Assembly: GCA_047601445.1 (NCBI GenBank)
Contig: JASGJH010000001.1
Coordinates: 6,432,001 to 6,496,000, forward strand
Reading direction: 5' to 3'
DNA length: 64,000 nt
Source: Myxococcales bacterium
GTDB taxonomy: Bacteria; Myxococcota_A; Polyangia; Polyangiales; DASUME01
Both the position numbers and the translations under genes were made by a program. Of the stretch, positions 1 to 10,165 are shown one piece after another. Position 1 is the stretch's first letter. Every line of letters starts with the position of its first letter. The notes under the pieces were generated by a model, which worked only from the letters and a program-made list of their open reading frames with translations, ran no database searches and was not told the DNA's origin.

Positions 1-1226
1 TGGGCGAAAGGCAAGAGCACCTTCTCGGCGCCCATCGCGAAGTGGAGCTCGGCCAGATGTCGCGCCCCCTCCACCAAACGCTCATGGTCATAGTCCGTGA
101 GCGAGTAGCGCGCGCCGCCGAGTCCGAAGGGAGCCCGCTGCACACTGCCCGTGGTGGAGTCTTCGATGAGCACGCCCGTGAGTGCCATCCGGTTGTAGTC
201 GCGCAGGAGCTCCCAGGCCTCGCTGCCGTGGAACGGCAGCTGCGACGCCAGCGCACCAGGCGGCACCATGTTCTCGGCGAGCTTGATGCCGCGCGCTTCG
301 AACTGGCGGATCTGGCCGGCCTGGCTCACGCCCTTCCAGCCACGCAGCTCGAAGGGATACACCGCCAGCACCTTCACGTTGGGATGACAGGTGAAGTTCT
401 TGCCGAGCAGCCTGCTCGGGCGGCCTAGCTTGTGCGCCTGCAGCAGGAGCGGCGTCTGCACCGCGCCGCAAGCCACCACCACGGCACGCCCGCGGATGGT
501 GATCTTGCGCGGGGACCTGCGTGTGCGCCGATCGATGGAGACACCCTCCACGCCCACGCAGCGCCCGCCCTCGATCAACAGGCGCTCCACGCGCACCTCG
601 CTGAGGCAGGCAGCGCCCTTCGCGAAGGCGCGCGGCAGGTAGCTCACCAGCGTGGATTGCTTGGCGCCCGTGGGGCAGCCGAGCACGCAGTTGTTGGCGC
701 CCACGCAGCCGTGCTGATTGCGGTGGTTGTGCAGATAGGACCAGCCGAGCTTCTCCGCGCCTTCGCGCATGATGCGGCTGTCCTCGCCGATGGACTCGGG
801 GGACTGCGGCTTCGCCGAGATGTCCTGCTCTACGCGCTCGAAGGCCGACTCGAGCGCCGCCGTCGAGAGCTCGCTCAGACCGCTCTTTTCGACCCAGTGC
901 TTGAGCACGCGCTCGGGCGCGCGCCAGGTCATGCCGCCGTTGATGGTGGTGCTTCCGCCCACGCAGCGCCCCTCGATGAAGGGAATCGGCGGGGCCCCCA
1001 TGATCACGGTGGCGCTCGCGTCGCGATACAGCCGCGGCACGGACTCGGTGACGTAGGGGTTGAAGCTCTCGGTCTTGTGGTGCGCGCCCTCTTCCACGAA
1101 GAGCACGCTGTGACCTGCCTCGGCCAACAGCGCGCCCACCACGGAGCCGCCGGCGCCGGTGCCCACGATCACCACGTCGGCTTCGAACGTGCGCTCCTGC
1201 TCGTAGTCTTCGTATCGCAACATCAT
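1..1226 (-). CDS. GMC family oxidoreductase (FAD-dependent); 3' end runs off the window
   Basis: Absent from the ORF track (no stop in window). Manual minus-strand translation from 1226 gives MMLRYEDYEQERTFEADVVIVGTGAGGSVVGALLAEAG (Rossmann GxGxxG) and GRCVGGSTTINGG (GMC signature). ATGA overlap with the upstream gene's stop. Confidence 0.9.
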   Translation of the reverse strand, partial: MMLRYEDYEQERTFEADVVIVGTGAGGSVVGALLAEAGHSVLFVEEGAHHKTESFNPYVTESVPRLYRDASATVIMGAPPIPFIEGRCVGGSTTINGGMTWRAPERVLKHWVEKSGLSELSTAALESAFERVEQDISAKPQSPESIGEDSRIMREGAEKLGWSYLHNHRNQHGCVGANNCVLGCPTGAKQSTLVSYLPRAFAKGAACLSEVRVERLLIEGGRCVGVEGVSIDRRTRRSPRKITIRGRAVVVACGAVQTPLLLQAHKLGRPSRLLGKNFTCHPNVKVLAVYPFELRGWKGVSQAGQIRQFEARGIKLAENMVPPGALASQLPFHGSEAWELLRDYNRMALTGVLIEDSTTGSVQRAPFGLGGARYSLTDYDHERLVEGARHLAELHFAMGAEKVLLPFA

Positions 1227-1810
1227 GACAGCACCACCAGCTTGGACTTCTTGGGTCGCTCGCCGTCCTGCGCTTGCGCGCGTTGTTCCTCGGCCAGGAT
1301 CTCCTCGCGGCGCAGGTTGCGCTCGCGGATGAAGGCGCGTGGCTCGTAGTCGAGCACGGCGTGCACTTCGTCCTGGTCGAAGTACGCCGACAGCACGATG
1401 GCCTTGGGGGCCAACATCATCATTCTGAGCGGCAACACACGGCTCAACGCGATGCCCGCCAGCACCCGGCTCGCCTCGGCCTGCGGCAGGCTCGAGAGGC
1501 GCTTGAACGCGTGAAAGCGCCACACCGGCGCCCAGGCCAACAGGCGCACCAGCAGCACGAAGCCGAGCCGCAGGGCCGGTGGCATGTACTGCATCATGCA
1601 GCGCACCTGGCGCTCCACCCGGGCCTCGATGTCGGCCGGACGTGGCGCGGGCGGCGGCGGGAGCAGGGCCCAGACCACGCTCTTGAGCGCGCGCTCACTG
1701 GCCGCGGAGAGCGGGGCCGGGTCGGCCAAACACCAGCCGTCCTGAGGATGGCGCTCGACCGTGCGGGCGACGGGGGGAGGGGATGGTTGGCGATCGACGT
1801 GGGCCATCAT
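1223..1810 (-). CDS. Hypothetical protein, probable small partner subunit of the GMC oxidoreductase (gluconate 2-dehydrogenase subunit-3-like position and size)
   Basis: 195-aa ORF with 4-bp overlaps to both neighbours. Function inferred from context only. Confidence 0.6.
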   Translation of the reverse strand: MMAHVDRQPSPPPVARTVERHPQDGWCLADPAPLSAASERALKSVVWALLPPPPAPRPADIEARVERQVRCMMQYMPPALRLGFVLLVRLLAWAPVWRFHAFKRLSSLPQAEASRVLAGIALSRVLPLRMMMLAPKAIVLSAYFDQDEVHAVLDYEPRAFIRERNLRREEILAEEQRAQAQDGERPKKSKLVVLS

Positions 1811-2628
1811 CGGGCGACTCCTTGGCGAACGTGGGTGGTCTCGACGTCGTCGCTCGCGTTGTCGCCCGCCAAGTAGGGAGCGAGCAGTGCGCGGACGTTG
1901 ACATCGATGGCGTCGTAGTGTGCGCGCATCAGCTGCACGGCCTGGGCCCGGTCGCGGGCCACGCTGGCTGCCAGCAAGCGCGAAGCGAAGCTCGACAGGC
2001 TCGGCTCGAACACCACCAGGGTGGGCCAGCGCTCGTGGATCTCGTGGGTGAGGTCGAGCAGGGGGCGCGATAGCCAGCGCACGATCTGGTCGTGCGTGCC
2101 CTCGACCAGGGCGTCGTACATGCGGGCCTCGGCCACGATCAGTCCGCGCGGGTCCCGCGCCAGCTCCGCCTCCCTCACCGCACGCAGGGCATCTTCCACG
2201 GGGCTCAGGTCCGCCGGCTCGAAGCGCTCCACGAAGCGCTCCACGGCGTACTCGAGCACGCGCTTGCGCGGCTCGAGCACGTTGAGCATGAGCTCGGCCT
2301 TCTCACGCAGGTCGCTGCCTGCCGCCAAAAAGGGCGCCACCAGGTCGAGTCCGCCCGTGCGTCGGAAGTCGCTCACCGTGACGCCTTGTCCGTGCCGCAC
2401 GCTCACCAGGCCCGACTGCTCGAGGCGGCGAATTGCCTCCCGCAGCGTGTTGCGGTTGGTGTTGAAGCGCTCGGCCAGCTCGCGCTCGCCCGGCAAGCGG
2501 GTGCCCGCTGGCCACTCGTCGCTGAGGATGCGGGTCCTGAAGTCCGCGTACAGGTCCTCCATGCGGGCCTGGGGGCGCGACTCGGGGAGGGCGGTGGGGC
2601 TCGACTTACGGGAGGGATCCAATGGCAT
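1807..2628 (-). CDS. GntR/FadR family transcriptional regulator
   Basis: wHTH GTRLPGERELAERFNTNRNTLREAIRRLEQSGLVSVRHGQGVTV followed by a helical FCD-like domain. Alternative start at 2562. Confidence 0.92.
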   Translation of the reverse strand: MPLDPSRKSSPTALPESRPQARMEDLYADFRTRILSDEWPAGTRLPGERELAERFNTNRNTLREAIRRLEQSGLVSVRHGQGVTVSDFRRTGGLDLVAPFLAAGSDLREKAELMLNVLEPRKRVLEYAVERFVERFEPADLSPVEDALRAVREAELARDPRGLIVAEARMYDALVEGTHDQIVRWLSRPLLDLTHEIHERWPTLVVFEPSLSSFASRLLAASVARDRAQAVQLMRAHYDAIDVNVRALLAPYLAGDNASDDVETTHVRQGVAR

Positions 2629-2673
2629 CTGGTTGAACCACTATGGCCACGGAATGTGGACTGGTTCAACCAC
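2629..2673. promoter_or_regulatory. Two FadR-type palindromic operators (TGGT-N3-ACCA)
   Basis: CTGGTTGAACCAC (2629-2641) and CTGGTTCAACCAC (2661-2673), 32 bp apart, directly upstream of the GntR gene in the divergent intergenic region. Confidence 0.7.
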
Positions 2674-2793
2674 CTTTTTCCAATTTCTCAACACCATGAA
2701 ACCATTGATGTTGTCGCTATGGGCTCGGACGCCATGACCGATCTGGGTCGGCGTCAATAGCTTGCGACTCGACCTCCGAGGCGGGCCCGGGCG

Positions 2794-4653
2794 ATGCTCT
2801 CCGACCTCATGCAGAGCGCACCGATTCGCGTTGGTTTTCTCAGGGCGTACGCCTTGCCGGCCGTCTGGCTCTTCGCGCTGCCGGCGTTCGCGCTCTGGTT
2901 CGCAGGCCACGCGATGCAGCGCTTCGACACCCAGTTCATGGAGGCGGTGACGCCGCGCATCGAGCAGTCGCCAGAGCTCTCGGCCGCGGACAAGCAAGCT
3001 GCCTTGGCGTTCTACCGGGCCCAGCCGCCCTCCATGGCTTGCCTCGATCGCAGTGAGGACCTGGCCGAGTATCGTGGGGATCTCGGCGAGGCCTGCTCCG
3101 ACGTGGAGCAGTTCGGTTGGATTCGTCGCCTGTCCCGGATCTCCATCGGGCTCGGCCTGGCGTCGTTGATCCTGGCGTTGGCCTGCGCGCTGGCCTCGTT
3201 CGTGTCGCGCCCCATGCAGTACGCGAGCTTCGTGGTCGGTTGGCACGTGCTGAAGCTGGTGGGTGCAGCCCAGACGGTGTTGATGGGGACGTTGGCCGTG
3301 CTGTTGTCCTATTGGATGACCGCGCTCTGGACCCAACGCTATTACCCGAAGCTGATCCTCATCGCGGGCGCGCTGGCGCTGTTCGGCATGTACGCCGTGG
3401 TGGTGGCCATCTTCCGGCGTCCACGCGGCGGGCTCGATGTGGAGGGCGAGCTGGTGGAGGAGCCGTCGTCGCCCGAGCTTTGGGGTCGCATTCGCGAGCT
3501 GAGCAAGGACATGGAGACCGCGCCGCCGAACCACGTGGTGGCCGGTATCGACGACAACTTCTTCGTCACCGAGGGCGAGGTCCGACTCGGCGGACGCACC
3601 CTCACGGGGCGCACCCTCTACGTGAGCCTCTCGCTCTTGCGCATCCTCAAGCGCAGCGAGGCGGAGGCCGTGCTGTGCCACGAGCTGGCCCACTTGCGCG
3701 GCGGCGACACGGGCCACTCCAAGAAGCTCTCGCCCATGATCGCTCAGTTCTGGCAGTACATGGAGGCGCTGCACCAGGGCCTGATCACGCGGCCCATCTT
3801 CCACTTCATGCTGGCCTACTACGGACTGTTCGCGCTGAGCCTCGGGCGCAGCAATCGCGAGCGCGAGTTCGCCGCCGACACCATGGCGGCCAAATACACC
3901 TCCGCCGAGGACATCGCCCGCTCGCTGATCAAGATTGGCGCCTACGCGAGCTACCGGGGACGCGTGGAGGAGGCGCTGTTCGAGAAAAACGAGCAGCACG
4001 CCCACGTGGGCATTGCCGAGCGCGTGGTGCGAGGCTTCGCGGGCTACGCCAACACCGAAGCCGTGCATTTCGATCTGCACGAGGCGGTCACGCCGCATCC
4101 GTTCGATTCCCACCCGCCGCTCAAGGACCGCCTGGCGAACGTGCAGATGCAGATCGAGCGCAATCAGTACGAGCACGTGCTGCTCGAGCCCATCGACTCG
4201 TCGTGGATGGAGGGCATCCATGGTGGCACCGAGATGGAGCAGCGCATGTGGGCGGCCTACGAGGCGCGCTTCACGGCGGCCCACGAGCTGGCCCTGGCCT
4301 ACCGCTACGAGCCCGCCAACGAACAGGAGCGGGCCCACGTCGAGAAGTACTTCCCGCCCATCGCCTTCGCGGGCAAAGAGGACGCGCCCGGGGTGCACTT
4401 CGACTACGAGAAGATCACCCACGCCGAGTGGGAGAATGCCCTGCCTTATGCGCAGATCGCCTCGGCCGCCGTCGACGAGCGCCTGTTCAAAAAGTACCTG
4501 GACCTCACGCTGGCAGGCAGCGGCCTCTTCAAGGGCAAACGCTCGATCTGCCTGAGCAAAGTCCAGGATCCGGACGGCGTGCTGGCGGCCTTCAACCGCT
4601 ACTACGGGCGCCACCGGCACATGGTGGAACAGCGCGCGGCAAAGGCAGCTTAG
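2794..4653 (+). CDS. M48 (HtpX/Ste24-like) membrane zinc metallopeptidase
   Basis: Several TM segments, HELAH zinc motif, REREFAAD third-ligand motif, DSHPPLKDR. Confidence 0.85.
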   Translation: MLSDLMQSAPIRVGFLRAYALPAVWLFALPAFALWFAGHAMQRFDTQFMEAVTPRIEQSPELSAADKQAALAFYRAQPPSMACLDRSEDLAEYRGDLGEACSDVEQFGWIRRLSRISIGLGLASLILALACALASFVSRPMQYASFVVGWHVLKLVGAAQTVLMGTLAVLLSYWMTALWTQRYYPKLILIAGALALFGMYAVVVAIFRRPRGGLDVEGELVEEPSSPELWGRIRELSKDMETAPPNHVVAGIDDNFFVTEGEVRLGGRTLTGRTLYVSLSLLRILKRSEAEAVLCHELAHLRGGDTGHSKKLSPMIAQFWQYMEALHQGLITRPIFHFMLAYYGLFALSLGRSNREREFAADTMAAKYTSAEDIARSLIKIGAYASYRGRVEEALFEKNEQHAHVGIAERVVRGFAGYANTEAVHFDLHEAVTPHPFDSHPPLKDRLANVQMQIERNQYEHVLLEPIDSSWMEGIHGGTEMEQRMWAAYEARFTAAHELALAYRYEPANEQERAHVEKYFPPIAFAGKEDAPGVHFDYEKITHAEWENALPYAQIASAAVDERLFKKYLDLTLAGSGLFKGKRSICLSKVQDPDGVLAAFNRYYGRHRHMVEQRAAKAA

Positions 4654-4768
4654 GCCGCCCCCCGACGTACCCGGTGATGGGGGCGTGCCGGCGTCGTGTC
4701 GCAGCCGCTTGTCAGGAGCGCGCAGCACCCGCAAAGTGCGGCTGCGATCGACGTTGGGGAGGGATGAG

Positions 4769-6658
4769 ATGCGAAGGTGGCCGAAGGGGCTCGTGCCCTG
4801 CTTGTGTCTGGTTGGGCTCGTGGCTTGCTCGGGTAGTAACGACGACGAGCTCGAGTCGGACTCCGGGCCCCGCATGGGAGACACCGACAGCGGCACCGGA
4901 GTGGGCGCCGACGCAGGCATGGACGCCCAGGTCGTCGTGCCCATCCAGGACGCCGGAAAAGATGCGAGCCCGCCCGAGCAGGACAGCGGCCCCGCGGTGC
5001 TCGCCATCGTGCTGAGCGCGGTCAGCACCACCGTCACCACCAACGACACCAGCGTGAGCGCCAACGTGATGGGCCAGGGCATCACGCAGGTGGCCTTCTA
5101 CGAGGGACAGACCCTGCTCGGCACCGACACGACGAGTCCCTTCGAGCAGCCCCTGAGCTTCGGCTTCTTCGACAACGGCATGCACACCTACACGGGCGTC
5201 GTCACGGGCGCCGATGGCCAGGTTACGTCGTTGCCCCTCACGCTCACGGTGAACGTACCGCCGAACGGCTACTTCGTGAACCCCAGCACGGGTGACGACA
5301 CCAACAACAACGGCACGCAGGGAGCGCCCTACAAGACGCTGCAGAAAGCCGCGCAGGTCACCCTCGACAACCAGTACGTGTACCTGCAAGACGGCAACTA
5401 CATCCTCACCACCAACCAGCCGACCTTCCAGGTGAACTTCAAGCCCGGTGTTCACCTCTACGGTATGTCCAAGACCGGCGTCGTGTTCCAGGCCAACGCC
5501 AGCGCGAACCAGGTCAACTTCACGGGCGGCGGTTCGATCGAGAACGTCCAGTTCGATACCTTCAACCAGGGGGTCGGGGTCAGCGGCTCGGGCACCTTCA
5601 CGATGCGCAACGTGCAGTTCGCCAATGTGAACACGCCCCTGCTCGTGAACGGCAACCTGCAGGTCACGCTGGACGGTACCGAGCGCCCCATGTTCGTGAA
5701 CCTGGGCAATTCGGTGAACCAGGCAGTGTGGCTCGACGGTACTTCACAGACGCACTTCAAGGGTGACGTGGCGAACATTGGTTTGGGGGCGGGCCTGTTC
5801 TTCGCTCGCGGAAACGCCATGCTCACCATCGAGGACTCTAACTTCACCAACATCGATCGCCCGCTTTTCATGGGATACGACAACGCGAAGCTGGCCCTCA
5901 TCAACACCGTGCTCGATGACATGAGCTGGGGGCCTCAAACGATTCAAGGCGTGATCGAGATGGGTGGACAGCAGCAGGGAGGGAACACCGCGCAATACGG
6001 CGTCGAACTTACGGACTGCACCTTGCGCAACAGCAGCCTGGTCATGATCCGCATCAACCGCTCGCAGACCAAGCTAAACACGATCGCGGTGAAGCTCACG
6101 CGCACGACCATCGAGAGCAACCAGCAAGACGCCATCTACGTGCGTGACGACAGCATTCCGTACATGGCAGCCGACGACATCAAGATCGAGCTCGTGGACA
6201 GCGTGATCAAGAACAACCTGGGCAACGGCATCAACGCGTTCGCCTCCAAGGTCGAGGTCACCGGCGGCGAAATCTCGGGCAACGGCAACGCCAATACGGA
6301 AAACGAGATCCTGCTCTCCAACGCGACCTACCCGAACTCGCTCAAGCTCCGCGGGGTCACGCTGGGAGGCAACGGCTTGGGCCACGCCATCTCCGTGGAT
6401 GGCAGCAACACCTCCGTGCTCGACCTGGGCACCGCCGCAGACCTCGGCAACAACACCTTCAGCAACGTCCCGGCGTCCCGCGCGGTGCTCAATTTGGTCG
6501 CCCCCATCGCGGGCCAAGCCATCGGCAACACTTGGCTCCCCAACGTGCAGACCGCCGATGCCGCCGGACACTTCCCGGCTGGCAAGACCATCCCGGCCAG
6601 CACCACCGGCCAGAACGTCACCACGGCGGCGGGCGCGAGCGTGGTGGTCTCGCAGTGA
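4769..6658 (+). CDS. Lipoprotein with Ig-like domain and right-handed beta-helix (DUF1565-like)
   Basis: Lipobox LVAC; acidic DSG/DAG linker; VAFYEGQTLLGTDTTSPF Ig-like motif; FVNPSTGDD..GTQGAPYKTLQKA motif; Asn-rich beta-helix repeats. Start moved to ATG 4769. Confidence 0.75.
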   Translation: MRRWPKGLVPCLCLVGLVACSGSNDDELESDSGPRMGDTDSGTGVGADAGMDAQVVVPIQDAGKDASPPEQDSGPAVLAIVLSAVSTTVTTNDTSVSANVMGQGITQVAFYEGQTLLGTDTTSPFEQPLSFGFFDNGMHTYTGVVTGADGQVTSLPLTLTVNVPPNGYFVNPSTGDDTNNNGTQGAPYKTLQKAAQVTLDNQYVYLQDGNYILTTNQPTFQVNFKPGVHLYGMSKTGVVFQANASANQVNFTGGGSIENVQFDTFNQGVGVSGSGTFTMRNVQFANVNTPLLVNGNLQVTLDGTERPMFVNLGNSVNQAVWLDGTSQTHFKGDVANIGLGAGLFFARGNAMLTIEDSNFTNIDRPLFMGYDNAKLALINTVLDDMSWGPQTIQGVIEMGGQQQGGNTAQYGVELTDCTLRNSSLVMIRINRSQTKLNTIAVKLTRTTIESNQQDAIYVRDDSIPYMAADDIKIELVDSVIKNNLGNGINAFASKVEVTGGEISGNGNANTENEILLSNATYPNSLKLRGVTLGGNGLGHAISVDGSNTSVLDLGTAADLGNNTFSNVPASRAVLNLVAPIAGQAIGNTWLPNVQTADAAGHFPAGKTIPASTTGQNVTTAAGASVVVSQ

Positions 6659-6718
6659 GGTGACACAGAGCGAGTGATTTTCGCTCGAGCGGGAGCGACG
6701 CTCGCTTATGATTCGCCC

Positions 6719-7075
6719 ATGACGATGACCAAAACGGCGAGCGGACTGCAGTACGAAGACACCAGTGTGGGCGATGGCGCGGAGGCCAAGGGCGGCCACA
6801 CCTGCGTCATGCACTACACCGGCTGGCTCTGGGTGAACAACGCCAAGGGGGCCAAGTTCGACAGCTCGGTGGATCGGGGCAAGCCCTTCCAGTTCAAGCT
6901 CGGCGCGGGGCAGGTCATCAAGGGCTGGGACGAAGGGGTCCAGGGCATCAAGATCAATGGCAAGCGAACGCTGCTCATTCCGCCGGATCTCGGCTACGGC
7001 GCGCGCGGTGCGGGTGGGGTGATTCCGCCCAACGCCACGCTGTTGTTCGAAGTGCAGCTGCTCGAGCTGAAGTAG
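6719..7075 (+). CDS. FKBP-type peptidyl-prolyl cis-trans isomerase
   Basis: HYTGWL, KFDSSVDRG, VIKGWDEG, IPPDLGYG and IPPNATLLFEVQLL motifs. Start moved to ATG 6719. Confidence 0.95.
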   Translation: MTMTKTASGLQYEDTSVGDGAEAKGGHTCVMHYTGWLWVNNAKGAKFDSSVDRGKPFQFKLGAGQVIKGWDEGVQGIKINGKRTLLIPPDLGYGARGAGGVIPPNATLLFEVQLLELK

Positions 7076-7115
7076 GGTTGCTCTGAAGCCACGGGTGCTT
7101 CAGTAGGCAGTCCGC

Positions 7116-7718
7116 GTGTCGTCTTGCTTCCGTCGTCGTTCTCAGGGTTGGCTTGCGCTCTGCGCGGTGTGGGTGGCTTGCTGTTGGCGGCCTGCCCCTG
7201 TGCGGGCAGACGCGCAGCCAGACGAGAGCGCAAGCTCGGAGCAGCGCCGCGACAAGAGCGCGACTTCGGGGCTCGCGATTGGAGCCGGGTTCGGAAACGA
7301 CACGGCGGGGCTCGGCGGCGTCTTCGACTACTACGTGCAGGGGCACAATCCGCGCCTGCGGATCGCGTTGAGCGGCGCGCTCGGTGCGTGGCCTGCCCTG
7401 GGCTGGGGCACGCTCTGGAGGCCCGCGGTGGCGCTTGGTGTGCGGGGCTCGTTCGGACGGCGCCAGCGCATGACCTTCGGGCTTCACGCGGTTCCGCACG
7501 GCGCCCAGGTGCTCGCGCTGCATGGCGAGGAAATGACCGACGCGCACGTGAGCTATGGCGTGGGTCTGCAGGTCGGTTGGGAATGGATGAAGCGCGGAGG
7601 CTTCTTCATGCGCGCTTCCATCGGCCCTGGCTATGGCTTCTACCCGCGCATCTATCGCGAGGTCGGGTACTGGACCGCAAGCTTCAACGTGCTGACCATG
7701 GGGTACAAACTATGGTGA
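7116..7718 (+). CDS. Hypothetical exported protein, possible small outer-membrane beta-barrel
   Basis: Signal-like N-terminus, amphipathic Gly/aromatic strands, C-terminal aromatic residue (MGYKLW). Overlaps the next gene's start. Confidence 0.55.
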   Translation: MSSCFRRRSQGWLALCAVWVACCWRPAPVRADAQPDESASSEQRRDKSATSGLAIGAGFGNDTAGLGGVFDYYVQGHNPRLRIALSGALGAWPALGWGTLWRPAVALGVRGSFGRRQRMTFGLHAVPHGAQVLALHGEEMTDAHVSYGVGLQVGWEWMKRGGFFMRASIGPGYGFYPRIYREVGYWTASFNVLTMGYKLW

Positions 7719-9001
7719 AGGCGCTCCGGATCCTCGGACTCCTGTCCCTGTTCGGCGTCGCGCTTGCTGCCTGCGCCGCACCGCGCTGCGAACCCGAAGA
7801 GGCCTGCGACATCCGCCAGAAGAGCTGCCAAAAGCGCGCGCTGCGCTGGGCCAAGTGCCTGCGCGAGGCTGACGCCAAGCTCGATGTGGACGTGAAGACG
7901 GTTTCTGCCGCCACGTTGATCGACGATCGGACGCGCGAGAGTGAGGCGGGCTCGGATCCGCATGAGGACGCCTTTCAGAAGGGGCTTTCGTTGCTGGACC
8001 TGGCCGCGCTGCGGACCACGCGTGAGAGCGTGGCAGACCAGGTGCACTGGCTGGGAGCCTCCTATGACCCCTCCGAGAAGAGCATCACCGTGGTGGATCA
8101 CGGGCACGCGCTCGACACTCCGGGCTACATGTTCATGCTGGTGCACGAGTTCGTGCACGCGCTGCAAGACGAGAGTGGGGGGCTGAGTACACCCACTGCG
8201 CCCACCTACGACGCCCACTTGGCCATGGACGCCATCGTCGAGGGCGAGGCCACGGTGCTGGAGGACGAAGCGGCTTCGGATGGGCTCGGCTTCGATTTCG
8301 GAAGCGTGGACTACGAGCGCATCTTGCGCGACTTCCGCCAGAGCTCCATGTCCGACGCGAAGTACAGCGAGAGCTTCATGGATGCCGCTTATCGCGAGTT
8401 CTCCTATGCGTTCGGCGCGAGTTACCTGTGGGAGCGACCCGGCTATCGCCACAACGCCCGCATCGCTTACAAGCGTCCTCCAGTCTCCACCTTCGCGGTG
8501 ATGGAGGGGGATCCCGAGCACTTCGACGCGCACCCCAACGACCTCGGCGAAGAAGCGGTACCCGTACTCGATGGTCTCGGTCCGGCCCTCCACATGCACC
8601 TCGGGCGCTTCGTCTACGAGGGCTTCACGCAGCGCTTCATGCGTCACCATCATGAAGATCTCGGCGCCCTCCCGCGCTCGCCCCAGCGCTTCTTGGCGGA
8701 CACGTTCAGCGTGTTCGAGCGCGGGGGTGAGGTACTCGTCAGCTGGCGCGTGCGCTTCGATGACGAGGGCTTGTGTGCGCAGGGGCTCGCCTACGCCTTC
8801 AGCCAAATCGACGAGGCAGGACGCGGCTACCGTGTGCTCCGGCGGGGCACCGACGCGATCCTCTTGATCGCGTCCGACAGCTTGGCCAGCTGGGCGCTGC
8901 CCGAGGATCTCGAATGGACCTCCGCCGACGGGCCCGACTTCGGCATCGGGCTCGACGCGGCCCCCGCGCGCACGCGCTGCGCGCTGCGGGAACACCGCTG
9001 A
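7712..9001 (+). CDS. Lipoprotein with zincin-like metallopeptidase motif
   Basis: MVKALRILGLLSLFGVALAAC lipobox; HEFVHALQD and AIVEGEAT motifs. True start taken as ATG 7712 inside the 7124 ORF. Confidence 0.7.
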   Translation: MVKALRILGLLSLFGVALAACAAPRCEPEEACDIRQKSCQKRALRWAKCLREADAKLDVDVKTVSAATLIDDRTRESEAGSDPHEDAFQKGLSLLDLAALRTTRESVADQVHWLGASYDPSEKSITVVDHGHALDTPGYMFMLVHEFVHALQDESGGLSTPTAPTYDAHLAMDAIVEGEATVLEDEAASDGLGFDFGSVDYERILRDFRQSSMSDAKYSESFMDAAYREFSYAFGASYLWERPGYRHNARIAYKRPPVSTFAVMEGDPEHFDAHPNDLGEEAVPVLDGLGPALHMHLGRFVYEGFTQRFMRHHHEDLGALPRSPQRFLADTFSVFERGGEVLVSWRVRFDDEGLCAQGLAYAFSQIDEAGRGYRVLRRGTDAILLIASDSLASWALPEDLEWTSADGPDFGIGLDAAPARTRCALREHR

Positions 9002-9004
9002 GAT

Positions 9005-10165
9005 TCACGCAAAGCTCGCCTCGTAGCTCTTGTCCTCCACATCCACGCCGTCCTGGGTGACCTGCAGCGGGGCACGACAGTCGAGCATCACGGCGAGCTC
9101 CTCGGTCTGCTTGCCGCCGACGCTGTGCTCGTATTTGCCCGGTTGCGGCCCGTGCGGCACACCGCGCGGATGCAGCGTCAGGCTGCCGGGCCCCACGCCC
9201 TCGCGCGACGCGAAGTCGCCGCTCACGTAGTAGAGCACCTCGTCGATATCCACGGAGGAGTGCGGATAGGGACAAGGGATGGCGTCGGGATGGAACTCGA
9301 GCGGGCGCGGCACGAAGCTGCAGATCAGCGCGCCTCCCGCGGCGAACGTGCCATGCCAGGTGGGCGGCAAGTGCACCGAGCTCACGCGCGGTTGGAACGC
9401 CAGGATGGGAAAAGCCCACGGGTACACGCTGCCATCCCAGCCCACCACGTCGAGCGGCGAGTGCGTGGCACAAAAGGTGTGGAACGCGTCGCGGCGCTTG
9501 ATCACCACGTCGCGCAGGCCCTCGTCCTGGGGGCCCACGAACTTGGGGGTACGAAAGTCGCGGTGGCAGTAAGGAGCGTCCATGCGCAGCTGGCCTACCT
9601 CGTTGCGGAAATGACTGGGGATGCCCACGCCGTTGCGACACTCGATGCTGAGGTACTCCTGAGGTTCGTTGGGCTCGAGCTCGAAGCGATGGATCAAGCC
9701 CTTGGGTACGAATACGTAGTCGAGAGGACCGAAGGCAAGGTCGCCGAGCACGCTGCGCAGCATGCCGCGTCCGCGCGCGATGAAGAGGAGCTCGTCCGCG
9801 TCGGCGTTGATGGAGTAGGCGCGATCGCTGCGGGTGGGTTTGGCCACGCCGAGGGCCACGTCGTCGTTGCACAGGAGCACCACGCGTGAGCCGCTCAAGG
9901 TGCCACCGCTGGCCACGCGCCCACCCACGAAGTGGCGTCGCTGCAGGCTGTTCTCGGGTGAGCTGATCAGCTTGGGGGCATGCTTCAAGGGCGTGGAGCT
10001 CGTGGGCTTGAGGCCTTGCGGGCGCCCCTGGTGATAGAGGATGGTGTAGGCCCCCTCGAAGCCTGCGCGCGTCAGGCACTCCTCGTAGCGGAGTTCACCC
10101 GCGGGACCCTTGAGTGCCAGGTGGTGCTTGGGCGGGAGCTCGCCGTGGGCGATGCGTTGCAACAT
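9005..10165 (-). CDS. hmgA: Homogentisate 1,2-dioxygenase
   Basis: NADADELLF, HSPLDVVGWDG, HLPPTWH, PYPHSSVDIDEVLYY, LHPRGVPHGP; adjacent to hppD. Confidence 0.93.
   Translation of the reverse strand: MLQRIAHGELPPKHHLALKGPAGELRYEECLTRAGFEGAYTILYHQGRPQGLKPTSSTPLKHAPKLISSPENSLQRRHFVGGRVASGGTLSGSRVVLLCNDDVALGVAKPTRSDRAYSINADADELLFIARGRGMLRSVLGDLAFGPLDYVFVPKGLIHRFELEPNEPQEYLSIECRNGVGIPSHFRNEVGQLRMDAPYCHRDFRTPKFVGPQDEGLRDVVIKRRDAFHTFCATHSPLDVVGWDGSVYPWAFPILAFQPRVSSVHLPPTWHGTFAAGGALICSFVPRPLEFHPDAIPCPYPHSSVDIDEVLYYVSGDFASREGVGPGSLTLHPRGVPHGPQPGKYEHSVGGKQTEELAVMLDCRAPLQVTQDGVDVEDKSYEASFA

Noticed and set aside
2641..5085. 814-aa minus-strand ORF
   Set aside because: Antisense shadow of the M48 peptidase and the lipoprotein, typical of high-GC DNA.
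7083..7103. Intrinsic terminator after the FKBP gene
   Set aside because: 7-bp stem (CTGAAGC/GCTTCAG) without a U-tract.
7124..7711. N-terminal extension of ORF 7124..9001
   Set aside because: Arg-rich out-of-frame read of the 7116 gene; the signal peptide starts at 7712.
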